A DNA stretch of 64,000 nt from Azolla caroliniana (GCA_043228905.1 JBHGNT010000011.1:20584001-20648000), one strand, 5' to 3'; numbered from the stretch's first letter, positions 14,306-28,700 are shown. The notes: generated by a model not told the origin, from the letters alone. Program-made: numbers and translations.

Positions 14306-16489
14306 TGTGTAAAATCCAAGGGAGAAATCAACTACATGAGCATACAAAAGCTTGTTAAGGAGATATGTCAACCTTATAATATCCATAGGAGAGATAAATC
14401 AGGTTAGCATACACAATTTTGTTAAAGTCATGTTTGAATGAGGATGTATAGTATATTAAGTAAAGCTACACATCTCTTAAATGCTATGCTCTAGAAAACT
14501 CACCAACGTTTCCCATAGAATGCAGGGGCAAAAGATGCTTTTGCATGTGTTGGCTAGCTCTTGTAATTTGCACCAAGTTATTTGTCTCTTTCCGAGGTAG
14601 TGTCATCCATTTGTTGGTAATGGGTCACAATGCCTGTGTATGTGCTTGTTTTCCTTGATGTCTGTATGTGCATATGATGGAGAACAATGGAATTGTTACA
14701 TGCTTTGGATCTTTGGGTGCATCCTAGACTTGGATAGATGACTATACATTTTCATTTTTTATGTTACCGAACTATCATGGCAGGTTAGAAAGATGGTACT
14801 TAAAATCTGATGGTTCTGTTTGGAATATGTTGATTTAAGCATGCATACTCAAATCTTGCACCAGTCTCATTGGGTTTAGGCTTTAGGGTTTAAGTGTATA
14901 CATTCATTGATTATAGGTCTTCACCTACCACATAATTGCTTCAGATAAATAATTATTGGTTATCACTTCAATCAATGGTTATTGCAGTGAGAACACCTCT
15001 TCACATTCAAATGTCCCAAGATCTAGCTAGATGTCGCATGGTACAATTTGGTAATCAGAATGCAATCTTTTACAGAGGAACATGTATGGCATCAGGTTTA
15101 TAAACAAGCACGATATACTCTTAATCTTCAACTTGACTTAATGTATATAGGAGATTTAACATCAAATCAATTTACCTACAATTTATTAATGAGAATGCAA
15201 CCTTTTACAAAGGAACATGTATGGTATCAGGTTTTTACATGAGCACCTAATATAATGCTCTTAACCTTAACCTTGGTTTAATTTATAGATTAAAGTTAAC
15301 ATGAAATCAATTTATCTATAATACTCTACAATTTGAAATGATGATATGTTAAGAATTTCATCAATGAAAACTTCAAAAAATGTAATGTAGGTCATTATAT
15401 GGGCAAATGTTGACTCAAGTGTTCTCTTTGTGGCAAATGGATGCACTAAAAAAGCTAAATTGGTTTGCGACCTTACTAACAACCAATCTATTCTAGTCTA
15501 TAGTTTGTGCATGATAATAGATAATGTGGATTAACTCATTAGTCTTGCTCTTTATGAATGTTCCCACTCACTCTCAACTTCCAATTCCTCCATGGGATTG
15601 TTATAATTGATTATGTGTGATGAACTAATGACCAATCTATTCTAGTCGATAATTTGCGCACGATAATTGATAATGGGTATTAACTCATTAATGTTGCCCT
15701 TTATGAATGTTCACACTCACTCTCAACTTCCAAGTTCTCCATGGGATTGCTATAATTGATTATGTGTGTTCTATTTCATACACAGGGATGATTCTTCATC
15801 TTGTCCCTTGTGTATGTACTGTGATTAAGAGAAAACATAGAGATTTTTCAAGTTTCTCAATGCAAAAGCTAACTAGTTATTTTAATTCTTCCCATGCAAA
15901 ATTTTAATTGGTTGGGGCTTTGCACGAGGACAACCTTGTGTAAATTTTGATGCTACCAACTCCTTTCTCATCATATTTGGTGGTAAGCATCGTTGTCTTT
16001 AGCTATGTTGTTCAAACAAGGGTTACCAATAAATAGACTCTTGTCCCATGCCCTACAACGGGAATTCTAAATATTACAATTCCTAACTATATTTGTAGAA
16101 AGTAAATTAAGATATTGTTTGTAAGGGATATCCAACAATACTTTTCAAACTATGGGGAGTATTTGATGTTAGATAACTTGTTCCAAAATATATCCATAGT
16201 AAAAAAACCCATGGCATTATCAAAATTCTTGAGTATACCCATGTTGTTCCAAACTCTCACCCCCATCCCCACCTCTATAGGTTTACTCCTCACTATGGAC
16301 TTGGCTTCGCTCTATAGAACGTGTTTGGTCTCTCATGGACATTAAAAAATTTGTGCATATATACGTCTCTCTGATACATATGATTTTTCAAACAAAGGGA
16401 AAGAGAAGAGAAAGTGAATGAGCAAGTTGTGAGATAGTTTGATTTTACTATCCCCTTGGATGTCAAAATGGACATACAATTCACACGAC

Positions 16490-16540
<51 letters not shown>

Positions 16541-16543
<3 letters not shown>

Positions 16544-16945
16544 CAAATGGATGTAGCTTAGTTGGTAACATTATCCAATGGAGACCAAGAAGTCATGGGT
16601 TCAACCCCTACATTCTAAAGTGGCATCTAGTTAATTAAGAGATATCTATGGAGTAATAGAGAGGTGGGAAATTTGGGTTGCAAACCCGAGACATGGTGCT
16701 AGTAATGTAGCGACTTACCAAGTCACCACTAGGGTAAGCGAATTATGATAAAAGAAATAGAGAGAGCATCCCAAATGGATGGATGTAGCTCTACGTTCCA
16801 CAATGAGATCTAGTAAATTAAGGATATAAGCATAGAGTAATAAGGAGGTGTAAATGTTGGGTTTTCAACCCAAGTCCTCGAACAAGTAATCTAAAATTTA
16901 TGACCATGGAAAGCGAATTACGACAAGAAAAAGAAGAGAGAGTCA
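16541..16945 (+). mobile_element. tRNA-derived SINE-like repeat, tandem pair (second copy internally deleted)
   Basis: A-box TAGCTTAGTTGG (16554) and B-box GGTTCAACCC (16598) at tRNA-like spacing, followed by GTGGCATCTAGT(T/A)AATTAAG; preceded by (GA)n. Confidence 0.6.
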
Positions 16946-17357
16946 AATTTCGAATGATTAGGACTCGACAAATCACCTAGTTGTCTTCCTTTTACGATTC
17001 TGTAACACTTACCACTAGGATAAGGCAATAACTTGATTATCGAACCCAAGTCTTAGACTCGACAAATCATCTAGTTGTCTTCTTTGTACAATTCTGTAAC
17101 ACTTACCACTAGGATAAGGCAATAACTTGATTATCGAACCCAAGTTTTAGGCTTAGTAGTCTTAACACCTTACCATTAGGGTAACCTAATAACCATAGGA
17201 GGAAAAGAGGGGTACTTCTTCTAGGAATTTTTGAAACCATTTCAAGGGGCAGCTTGGAGAATTTTGTGTAAAGTTTCCCTCCGTATATAAAATAGGTCTC
17301 TGGGAATTTGAAAAGACAGTTGAGTGCAAGACCTCGAGCAGGCCCCTGTTCTCAGCG

Positions 17358-18565
17358 ATGGAGACAGAAACGACGGCGATGACGATGATTGCCGTAGTTC
17401 TCTCCAAGGAAGAAGAGAATGATGAGCAGAAGCAGATGCAGGCGATGGTTGTCTCAGTGGAAGACATCGACGATGAGCAGAAGAAGCTAGAGACCAATGT
17501 GGAGGTGATAAGCGATGCAGTTTCTTCCTTCTCTCACAAACGGAAGAAACCAGAGCGAAAAGAGAAAGAGAAACCTGGAAAGAAAAGATCTTTCGTCTAT
17601 GGCAACTATATCCATTACTATGGCTACCGGGTGTGTTTGATGTTTTTTTGTTATATGTGTTTACTTGCAACTATGATCACTAACGTTGGTTTTTATGGGT
17701 TTTGGTTAGGTTTTAGGATGAATTCATCAATTCTTTTAGAATTTTTGACGAGTTTGTTAGGTTTTGAATGATTATATACTGTGGTTTTGGATTGGTGTTG
17801 GTTAGGTTTTGCGATAACATGTGTGTCAATGTTTGGCTTACATTTTGAATTATCGTTTTTTTCTATTCTTCAGTTCAAACACAGGTTTTGATTGGAAGAT
17901 TGGATTGTGGTTTAGGGTTTAGGGTTAGCTTTGTGCCATTTTGTTTGATTTGTGCTACTTTGTCTTCTGGTTAGGATTTGAACTAGGTATTTTTATTTTT
18001 TGGTTCTTTTTGTGGTTGCCATTTTTTATCGCTACAAACATCTTGCCTTGAGTGAGTGTTGATTAATGTCTGAATGAAATTTTTCTTGCTCCTACTTCTT
18101 GTTATCCATGCTATGTGTTTATGTTTTTCTGCCATTTGTTTGTGTAGGTTTTGAATGGGATATTTTATTTCTTTATGTTCTCTCCTCTTACATATCTTAC
18201 CTTTTTCATATTTTCCGTTGTTTGTTTGCCTAGGTTTTGAATGAGTTTGGTGAAGATCCACGTCTGAAGCACTTCAAAAGAGAATGGTTTGAAGGGAAAG
18301 ACTGTCTCGATGTTGGTTGCAATTCTGGAAATCTTACAATATCCATTGGTAAGCCATTTCCCCTAAAGTGCAGTCTTTCACGTAAACAAGAGAGTGTCTG
18401 TTGCCTCAGAAAAAAATAAAGTTGCCTGTAATATATATAAACTCCAACATGTGACTTGAGGGATGGATATTAGGCTGAGATGTATTGTGGTTATGTCATG
18501 TCCAATTTTGTGTCATGATGTGCTTCTTTGCTATTGTCATTGATCTATCTGCATTTATGTCTCTG

Positions 18566-18596
<31 letters not shown>

Positions 18597-20449
18597 GTGT
18601 GTGTGTGTGTCTGGGTCTGTGTATGTATGTCTGTGTGCGGGTGGGTGTCTCATCAGTATATCAATCTGAAAAAAAGTAGAATAAAAGCATCTGGTGGATT
18701 AATTTTTTGGGTTTTGACCTCATTGTACTATTTCTAAATCTAATAGGTTGATATCTTCAATCAATTTTGTTTGTTCTGTAGCACAAAAGTTTTCATGCAA
18801 AAGGATGGTGGGGATAGACATTGATCCAGGTTTGATTTGTTAGTTGAAAGTGCATATGAATTCTTGGTCTTGCTTTCTGGCAGTGTATTTATGGTAATTA
18901 ATAGCATGCCTATCAGTGGCTCAAAGAAAAATAGCCTATAAGATTGGGAAAGTTCTTTGTAAGTTATTTTACTTTGAGCCACTGATAGGCACACTAATGT
19001 GATAGTGCATGCATAAGACTGCATAGCTTTCCTCTCAGGAAATGAAGCCAATAAATGAAATGCTAACATCTAGAGGAAAATAAGGTTGTATGTTCTTTGT
19101 TGATAGCTTTGGTACACAAAGCTCGGAAATTTCTCAAGTGTAACGGAGAAAGATCTACTGATACAGAAGATAAGAACTTTGAAGGCATTAGCTTGAATAA
19201 TTTGAAAGAAACAGAAGCAAAGGAGAGTGTCAAAGAAGTAATCTCATCGTCAAATAGTTACAAATTGAGCAATGAGGAGCTTTTAAAAAGAATATCTTTC
19301 AGGGCAGAAAACTTCATAGAGTGTGTAGAAGCTACTGCATTATATGATACAGTGCTATGGTATTTTGAGATTTGGAATACTTATTTGACTCTCGTGCATT
19401 GTTTTTTCATAGGTATTAACCACATTTAATTTTTTCGGCAGTTTGAGTGTGACAAAGTGGGTTCATTTAAATTGGGGAGATGATGGATTGATCCGACTTT
19501 TTGCAAAAATCAGAAATCTGCTGAGACCGGTAAAAGCTTTTGCTTTAACACTTTCTTCCCTCCTGCTGTATCATAATAATGCATAAAGTAACTATAATTC
19601 ATTAACAAGGATGATACCTATGCCTTGGAAACCTTGGAATATAGTATACCAAATTCCTGAATAGCTTATATTTTATTCAAATCTAATGTCCTTATAACAT
19701 TTCAATGATTTAACTGCATAGATGTACATGCTAGAAAATACCACTTATATGCTTTATATTAAATAAAGAAGGAAACACAAAAGAGTGAGAAAATATTGGC
19801 TGGAGGAAACAATCTACTTGGAAAATGGCTTTGGAGATGTCAATCTATTCAAGCATTTGAAATATGTCCTGCAATTATGGTCGATAATCATGGGTTGTGG
19901 ATTCATTGAAGATAGACTTACGTTTCCTATTTATTGGATTTAAAATCGTGGATACAAAATCTCACACTATTCAATACTATAAGGTTCCTTTTTTACGATA
20001 TCTAGGCAAAATATGCATTTAATGATGGAGTAATAAAGTTGGAGTTAAGTTTCTTCTACACATTTGATTAAGTGTGGTGCAGGGTGGAGTGTTGGTGCTT
20101 GAACCACAACCATGGAAATCTTATAAGAATAATCGTCTGGTCTCTGAGGTAAAGTGCTAAACTGAGTTTGTATTTTCAAGGCTGGTAGAAAATAGAGTGC
20201 TCAGGTTTTTAATTTGTAGGTTGCTCGTAAGCATTTCAATGAGATTATTTTGCGTCCAGATCAATTTAAAGAGATTCTTCTTGATCGGGTAACTTACATT
20301 TCACTTGCTCTTTTGAGATTAGAGGGTTCAATATTATATGATCCATGTGTCGGATGCAGATTGGTTTTCGCACTATGGAGAACATCGCTCGGAATATCGT
20401 GGATAGCTCAAAGGGTTTCAGCCGACCAATCTTCCTTGTGCGGCGGTGA
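17358..20449 (+). CDS. Bin3/MePCE-like SAM-dependent RNA methyltransferase (At5g51130-like)
   Basis: Exons 17358-17630, 18234-18348, 18782-18829, 19107-19359, 19442-19529, 20083-20148, 20220-20288, 20360-20449 (TGA). Motifs [59 protein letters not shown]. Confidence 0.93.
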
Positions 20450-23400
20450 GCGTATTATCATTCATGGCAATTGCTAGTGGAAGTGATCTGATGAGATGGC
20501 CACCTACATGTATTGTCACTTGGGATGGCTACCATGGGCTTCAGCTTGTAAATTGAACCATTAAGTTGAATCCGAGATATATATACGAGTTCAAAGAAGC
20601 TTTGGCCACTCACCCCCCAAGTTTGTGAAGAGAACCTTGTATACAAACAAGGAATGTATACAAATGAGGATATGCAGAACCATATGATATGGAAGTTCGA
20701 CACTGCTAACTGGAATGTCTCGATTCCTCTTGCTTGATGGGGGTAGCACTATTCTATTGGATCAATTGATCTATTAAGTTATTAACTTCAATGTAATCAA
20801 ATTCTGGAGCAGTGATGTTGTATGTTTGACTGACTTATTTGCTTACTGATCTTGTTGTTAACTGTCTTAGTTGCCAAATAATTTTCTGGTTCATTTTCAA
20901 TGCCATACTAGTGTATTGATTAGTCAACCATTAAAAACATTACAGATCCAGATTTCACAAATTATTAGTATTTGGGGTTAATACTAAATTCCAAATGGTA
21001 TTGGTCAACTTTATGTAGTGTATGAGGAAATTGCTTATACATGTGTCATAATACTTCCGATCAATGTGGAGAGATCATAATGACTCTTTAGTATAGAAGC
21101 AATGAATCATTACTGAATTTTGAGGAGCTAAATCTGTTGCTCTTCAAATAAAAGATTTGGCGAGGAAGAATATCTCAAAGAACTTTCACTTACCATAGGA
21201 TGCCAATTCACTTGTTACACGAGTAGTGGTCAAAGTCCACGTGCTTTGGTGGACAAAGTGAGGTCAGTCTGGTTTGTTTTTAACAAAATAGTCAACCTAG
21301 ATGGTCTGAATTGGTCTAAAATCAATGCATTTGTTTGTAACTTGTCAAGAAGAAAAGCGGGTTTAAGAACTTCAGAATTAATTGAGATTCATCTCCCAAT
21401 CACATCCTTACATAGCTGGCTTTGCTCAAGCTTTGTTGTCCTGTCTCATAAAAGGCCAGCATGTGGTTCACACTTCTGTGCGGATGGCCCCAATCAGTAA
21501 GACCCGACTAGGCTGAACAAGTCGTCCCAAATCTAAATTTTTTGGATGATCAGTGCTGTAAAGGAAATTTTTGTGCCTTCTGTTTTTTGGATTCACTTTG
21601 AACACCTACGATACAGCCTTTTCACTAATCTCTTTCTCAATAACTCAGTATTTGCCTTTTCAATTATCTCTTTCTCTCCCCTAATATAAGAGATTCAATA
21701 AAAGAAACAAAGTAAAAAAAACATAAGGGAAGTAAACATTTTGATTCAAATCCCAACATATAAGAAGTGTCTTAAGGGATTTTGAAGAAGATTCAAGATG
21801 CAAAAGTTGACATCTATGAGGATGATAGTAAAAGTTGGAATAGACAAGAGACCATCAAAAAATATTATCCCTCATACTCTATTTGTTAAGAACTTAAGCG
21901 TTCTTAATAACTTAGTATTTGGCCTTCAAATTCTTGACTTGTACTTAATGCGATTTTTTATCTTGTTCCTTTAGCTAATTATTAGTTGGGAGCTTAATGG
22001 GGGAGTACATCCACATGGTTACCACTTTGACATTGCAATGTTTATTGTTCATGAATGAGTTCACACGCAGTGTGAATGTGTAGCGTTGGTCCAATAGGTG
22101 ACATTTTACCTCCAAGCATGGAAATTCGTTCTTTCTCTTAGGTTATGCCTACGGTTGAGGTCATATTGTGAGGATTTTGCACATTTATATAATGCAGGTA
22201 AAGGTATGGGCATTTATGAGTGAATGTTCAATAGCACATTATCAAATGACACCAATCACAGTTAGAACTCAAAAATAAATGTACAAAGAAAGATATTGGC
22301 ATTGGCAAGTGAATGTCAAGTAGCAAACTCCAAAATTAATGTACAAAGAAAGATATTGGCATTGACAAGTGAATGTCAAGTAGCAAACTATCAAACGTGC
22401 ACCAATCATATAAGATTTCAGAAGTAAACATTTGCAAAGATATTGACACAATAACCTCTAGCATATTAGTTAAGAATAAAATGAACTACTACAAGAACAA
22501 GAACGTATCATTTGATTGATGTACTCACTGTTAGAACATGGTTAGTTAAGTTGGTTTTGATCCATGAATGATCATTAATGGGCATCTTCATGTTTTTACG
22601 AGTTGAAAGAAAAAGGTACGAAAGTTTTTTGAGAAGGAAAATAGTTTAGTGACAAGTTACAACCATTACATCATGTACCAGATCACTTATGAACTACAAA
22701 GATCGGTAGGGAATATTCTTTGTGATGTCTTACTGTTCTCAAGCATTTGCAGCAGAATATTTTATGGTCCTATTACCTATAAGGTTACATAGACATCTTT
22801 AGCATGTGTACATTATATGAAGAGACCTCATTAGATATTAAGTTTGAAGGGAGGTGCCACGAGGCCACTCAAGTATTTCTATTTTGTTTTACATTATATG
22901 GACCCAAAATAATTGTACATCGCCCCCCAAATATTATCTTTCTTTTTTTCAACAATATAGTATTTCATATCATTGAAATGCAAAATTTGGGCCTTGTAGC
23001 TCCTCCTATACTTCACGTGATTATATTGTTCAAAAATAAAAGTTTGGCATTTGGCAATAGTACCAACAATTGATTGAGTGAAACGCGAAAGTTCAACTAT
23101 CAATGGAAATCCACCAAACACCAGTGACTTGTATTTGAACATGTGTCTCATTAATATAACATGCCAAATGCCAAATGAGATAAAGTCCAAGGATTAATCA
23201 ATTTCTGTTAGAATGAGAACATCAGCAAGACACTTTTCATTACGCTTATTCATCCTCTTTCTTCAGAATATCGGAAGTACTCTTACTTACTCCCTTTGTC
23301 ATTGGCAGTATACTAGTGTAAACCATATTCAATCCATCCATGCGCCTAGGCTCAGGTCAGGCCGATCAGATTGCTTTTTACTAGAAGACATTGGTAAATA

Positions 23401-24342
23401 TCGGTATGGGATGCACGACCCTTAGTTTTTGCCATGCAACCTTATTGATTGACCTGCATTAATATCTTTTTGTGTCTTACATACCCCTCATCACATTCAT
23501 GAACTTGATATCGAATCATCATGGCCAATAAGTTCTAATAAGGCTTACATGAACCTGATACTAATTCTTCGTGACCATTATGTCAATTCAAGTATTGGTT
23601 GAACAACACTTTGTTATATCAATTCAAGTATTGGTTGAGTCATTGCGAACATAATCCCCCCACTCTTTCTTATGTTCGTCCTGCCCGTCTTTCAATCTTG
23701 TGATTCTTTCATGGTGTTACAATCTAAACACACTCGCCACAAATTCTAAACTTTTCTGATTCTTTCAATTATCAGATTTCAAATATTCACCGTACACCTC
23801 TGACATCATCAGCTATATCATATAGGAGGAAACTATCACATTGTTTGTACACATGTATAAAGAGTACCCATCAAATTTATATTTGCTAACTCACAATTGT
23901 TATTCATATAAGCCTCGTATATCTTACAAACTCATAAAAGGGTATGCTATATGTACAAAAGCACATAAGCCAATGGATTTGACTTAGGATAAGGTCAACA
24001 GCTTTGCTCTGGGCGGGTGAAGAGATAAGATCATTTTTACAGTGCAAGAAATGACCGTAACAAAATTTCGTGATGCCAATAATGCTTCGCGATGAGTCCA
24101 GTTGAATGGATTCTGCCTTAAAAACTTGTGGCAGTATTGGGACATCGGGGTTTCTCGTGATGAATTTCAATAAGCACATCCGTTTTGAATGAATTCATTG
24201 TGCCGATGAATGCCCGGTGATGTGTTAAGTAAGACATTACCATGTGCATCTGACATGAGCAGCATGTCATTTTCGACATGTTATACATCATCGACATTGA
24301 TGGAAGAAAGGATTATCAATGATACTTCTGGATGTCTGGTTC

Positions 24343-25473
24343 TCATTGCTTCCTGTGACTATAAATGTTGAGCAAGGCTACTCGGCTGGTGACAAGAACC
24401 TTGAACACCTCGTCTATGCTCACCTCGAGAGGAGCAAGACCACGTTGCAACTCGATCGATCGTGCCTTGAGCAACGCGATGTCGTGTGAAACCTCAGATC
24501 CGCATTCGGGTGCCGAGGATGGTTTCACACCAAGCATTGACTTGTCCAACTTGACCGAGAGCGAGCGGACAGCCATGTCGGTCTTGTTGACCTCGTCGAG
24601 CACAAAGGCGGCAACATTTCCCTTAGATTTGGTCTTCTCTATGTGTTCCTTGACTTTAAGTTGCAAAGATCGGAGGGATTGAGACCAGGGTGAGTTGCCA
24701 CCGACACAGATGGATGGGCAGGAGGGCTTCGGCTTGAAAGAGAGGGCACTAGCCAGAACCCCACAAATGAAGATGGTGGTCACTTGGGAGGCATAGATGA
24801 CCCTGAAGATGCTGCTACCTTTGTTGGCATCTTCCAATCTAAGCTTCTCTCCCATCCTTTTCAGCATTGAGCTGCAATGCTCAAGCCTTGACCTACTACT
24901 ACTACCATGGCCTTGACCCATGTGATGATTCACACCTTCCTCTTTCCTCCTCAATGCATCTACACACCTATGGAGTGCAACCCTAGCCCTCCTCGGGCCA
25001 AATTTGTTCTTGTTCTCCAGTGTGTTGACCACAAGATCGACATTTTCCCTGTAGGCCTTCATGTCGGCGACCACATCCAGGAGTGCCCGGACGGTGTCCA
25101 GGAGTTTGACACTGTCATCGAGATAGTCGTCGAGCCATTTGGTATCGGCTCCTCGGCCTCCCAGGGCCTGGCGGAGATCGGGGATGAAGGCCTCAGCGGC
25201 CGCGTGTGTGGAAAGGACGGCATCCATAGCTTTGCAGAGCCATCCAATGGTGAGGGGCCTGCCGGTGCCAGTGGTGCCGCTGCAGGGGGAGTCTTCTTTG
25301 AGTTCCTCGAGCTTCTGCGCAAGCTGCGATTCGAAGGCATCGAGCTTCGGATTGGAGGGATCGGTGGTGGGGGTCCTGCTCTGCTTGTGATTATGATAGT
25401 GTTGGGATGAGAAGGTGTGGAGGGCTCTTTGGCCGAGCGTGGAGAACAGGGAAGTGGCCATGGCCAAGGACAA
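24343..25473 (-). CDS. BPS1/ROH1-like protein (DUF793)
   Basis: Single-exon 376-aa ORF with LDAFESQLAQKL, LTIGWLCKAMDAVLSTH, KWLDDYLDDSVKLLD, W..SL..LQ, GLAPLE..IDEVFKVLVTSRVALL, typical of the BPS1/ROH1 family. Confidence 0.85.
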   Translation of the reverse strand: MSLAMATSLFSTLGQRALHTFSSQHYHNHKQSRTPTTDPSNPKLDAFESQLAQKLEELKEDSPCSGTTGTGRPLTIGWLCKAMDAVLSTHAAAEAFIPDLRQALGGRGADTKWLDDYLDDSVKLLDTVRALLDVVADMKAYRENVDLVVNTLENKNKFGPRRARVALHRCVDALRRKEEGVNHHMGQGHGSSSRSRLEHCSSMLKRMGEKLRLEDANKGSSIFRVIYASQVTTIFICGVLASALSFKPKPSCPSICVGGNSPWSQSLRSLQLKVKEHIEKTKSKGNVAAFVLDEVNKTDMAVRSLSVKLDKSMLGVKPSSAPECGSEVSHDIALLKARSIELQRGLAPLEVSIDEVFKVLVTSRVALLNIYSHRKQ

Positions 25474-25679
25474 GGAGAATGAATGGGATCGTTGAGAGAG
25501 AATCTGTAGTGTCTTCCGCTGGCTGGACCTGTGATGAAGGAAGGCAGGCAGGAAAGGAGAAGTCTGAGAGAAACAGAGGATTTCTGAGAAGGAAGATGAC
25601 CTCTGTGTCTATATATATAGACAGCTGTACATACTACATACTACATATAGCATAGATAGACCCATACCCATACTATCAT

Positions 25680-25780
25680 ACACATATGTCATACACATAC
25701 ACATACAAATACACATACACATACACATTCACATACACATACACATACACATACACATACAGACAGATACATACACACGT
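25680..25780. repeat. (ACATAC)n microsatellite upstream of the BPS1-like gene
   Basis: Directly visible; produces the spurious YTYTYT ORF. Confidence 0.85.
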
Positions 25781-28700
25781 GTGTTTCTCTGTGTGTGGGC
25801 CGCCACTTCGGCGCTCGTGTTTTTATATTTTGGCCTGGTGTGAACTAACCCTATTTGCTCTCTTTTTTGTTTTTTTTTATATTTTATATTTTTCTCTTCC
25901 TTTTCTTTTTATTTTCCTTTGTCTGCCTGCCTGCTGCACTGCTACATATTTTATTTATTTCCTCCTCAAATTTATTTAAATTTAATTATTACCTCATGTG
26001 TTATCTACACAATACAGTACATACATACATAATTCTCGTTTTCTTTTTCCTTCCTTTTTTTTTCTTCTTTTTAGTGCTTGCATCACCGCTGGCGTCATCT
26101 CTTTTTCCACGTTTTTTTTTTGTGTGTATCTCTTTCTTTCTTTCTTTCTTTCTCTCTCTCTCTCTGTGTCATTCTGGATTGTCCGTTTCACACTCGAGCT
26201 CTCTCTCCTTTGTCCATTTCACACTGCGTTTCTCCTTTTGGTCCAAACCAATTATGAACATCTCCTCCCCATTCCCTCGGCGATTCGGGAACGAGGGACC
26301 CAGCCGACTAGTCGAAAACCCTACCCACCTTCCGATCCAGCTCCTCACCGTCTTCTATGTTGTTGTAATAATATGCTCGACCCAGTAGTGCATGATGTGC
26401 AAATTGTGTGATCCCGGACCTTCCTTCTCTAATTGTCGGGACCAATCGTGCACCTTGAGTAATCACCCAAATTGTGTTACGAAACATATCGACCATTCTC
26501 TTTTATCCATTTACAGTAGGTTAAAAAGAAACAAATCCAATCATTTGAAAATATGCATGTGGATCATTGTATGGCACATGCCTACCAAATAGAATCGATT
26601 GCCCTCAACATGTAGCCCCAGGTAAAACTGAAATAGGAAACGTTTTTAGTGCGTAGTACTTTGCATATGTCCCTCTCTCCATGTTTGTGTTTTGAGCATA
26701 TGTATATCATTGTCTCACACATGTTGAAATTTGTTCGATCGAGTTTTCCGTTTGTTTCCAGGAATGTTTTCCCCCTCACGCTTTCCTTTCCAAATTGTAA
26801 TAATAACACAAAAATTGTAATTATAAGAACGAGAATGTATAGATTTTTCGCAACATTCATTTCCTTTATTCAAACTTTTGATGAGCGAGGGTACTCTTTA
26901 CTCTATTGGATGGTGTTGTATGACACTTCGTGTTATTCTGTCCACCTACAAAAAGAGTCGGCAACAAGTCACCTTCCCAACTAAAGCTTGAACCCCAAGC
27001 TACCTTTTCACCTGAGAGTGAATCTTTTTAGGCCTCATTTCCTATAGTATGAAATTTTATTTTGTACCAATTGGCCAAGCTTCCTTTTAATTCTTTCCAT
27101 AACAAGGATTTTGTGAAAGGATTTAATAAATAACACATACATTTTTATTCACGCTTCCAATTAACATATTGAAAAGCTTTACTAGTGTGTGTTGAACAAG
27201 GGAACCATTTTACCCAAACACTTTTAGTTTTAGCCCTAATAGGAATTTGGGGAAAGCCATCATAATTTTGAAACATTTTTAAATAAAGTCTTCATATTCT
27301 TATTAAAAGTTGTTCGCTTCCGTTAGGCAAATGGGAATTTTCCACCATTTTTTTTACATATGACAACGTTACTTATGAATGGAAACTTGAAAGTGAAGTT
27401 GTTTTTTGGAGAGAGAACATGTATATCATGTTTCCCTCAAAAGAGTGTGACATTCACGTTAATGACTTTGGTTGGAAGGCAAGTGAACAAAAGACATTAG
27501 AATCGGTCCTTTTGAAATTTCAAAGTGTCCACAAAATACTCGTGATGTTTGAGACCATTTTTGACACCCAACCACCAAGATGGGAAGACCTTAGTTATCT
27601 ACAAGCATGGGAATATCTGAAGGATTATGTTGACAATACCATGTACATATGTTGTATGTACCTTTGATCTTGTACGTCATGAATTAGCATATCTTCAGCT
27701 TCAAGAACACGTTTCTACAAACGTTTGGTTATGTTTGGACAATCGTCTTTATCTTAGGGGTTCCCATCATTGCCCTTTTCTATGTTCGTACTAAGATTTG
27801 ATCATTAAGAGTATGGCTTTTAATGTACCCTTGTTTGCCTTTAATGGTTTCCATGATCTTCTTACAACCATGTTAACGTGGGAATCACATATTGAGGTGA
27901 CATTAAAATCTACTAAGTACACAATGCTTCAATGTTCAGAAATAATCGTGCTTATGGGATCTTTGAGAGGATAAAATGGGCATCCTCTTACACGTGAAGG
28001 CAACAACTCAATGGGACACTGTAAAATAGAATCAAATTAACTTGTCAAAAATTGAAAAGCTTAAAGACTCTAGCTTAAGGAGTATCGTATTCTTTTTCAT
28101 TCACTTTTTACTTTTTATGTTAAATGGATGCAATAACTTGTTCAATCTTATTACGTTCCCTTTTAATGTTACATGGAAGAATAAAAAGCACATGCTACAT
28201 TAAAATACAATGATTTTTCTTGATACTGAAAAAAGATGATGTTCTTTTCAGCTGGATATGAACTGTATGAATGTGATTAAAAAATATGATCGTGTAATCA
28301 AATATGTTGGAGTTGTTTCTTAGCCTCTTGACAATAAACCTTATTTGAAGGTCAAATGTTAGTGTACAAACGCCCAACTTAAAAAGTCTTATCATATTCA
28401 TGATTTACCCATAGGCATTCGACCACACTCTTATTTAGTGCATCATTTTTTTTTAAACATAACAGCCAACAAATTGCTCAACTTGCCACCTTGTTTAAAC
28501 ATGTCGATTAATCAACATATAGGTGGTGAATTTGTGTTTAAGTTAATCGAAACAAATGCTGATAAAATAATTAGCACCTACCACAGAGTCCAATGCTATC
28601 ATATACATATGTAAAAGGATAGGTATGCATGTTCCTTTATAAATAGCAAATATGTTGGCCAAGAGGGGGAAAATGATATAAATACCAACGAGATCACGAA

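Noticed and set aside
16549-16620. Possible tRNA gene
   Set aside because: A and B boxes are present but the D and anticodon stems do not pair, and the sequence belongs to a dispersed repeat with a shared non-tRNA tail; treated as SINE-like.
17908-17929. TTTAGGG telomere-like repeats
   Set aside because: Only about two units; ordinary telo-box-like motif near a gene 5' end.
24365-25410. Antisense and alternative-frame ORFs over the BPS1-like gene
   Set aside because: Shadow ORFs of a GC-rich exon.
25686-26411. Hydrophobic 97-177-aa ORFs upstream of the BPS1-like gene
   Set aside because: They derive from microsatellite and T-rich low-complexity sequence.
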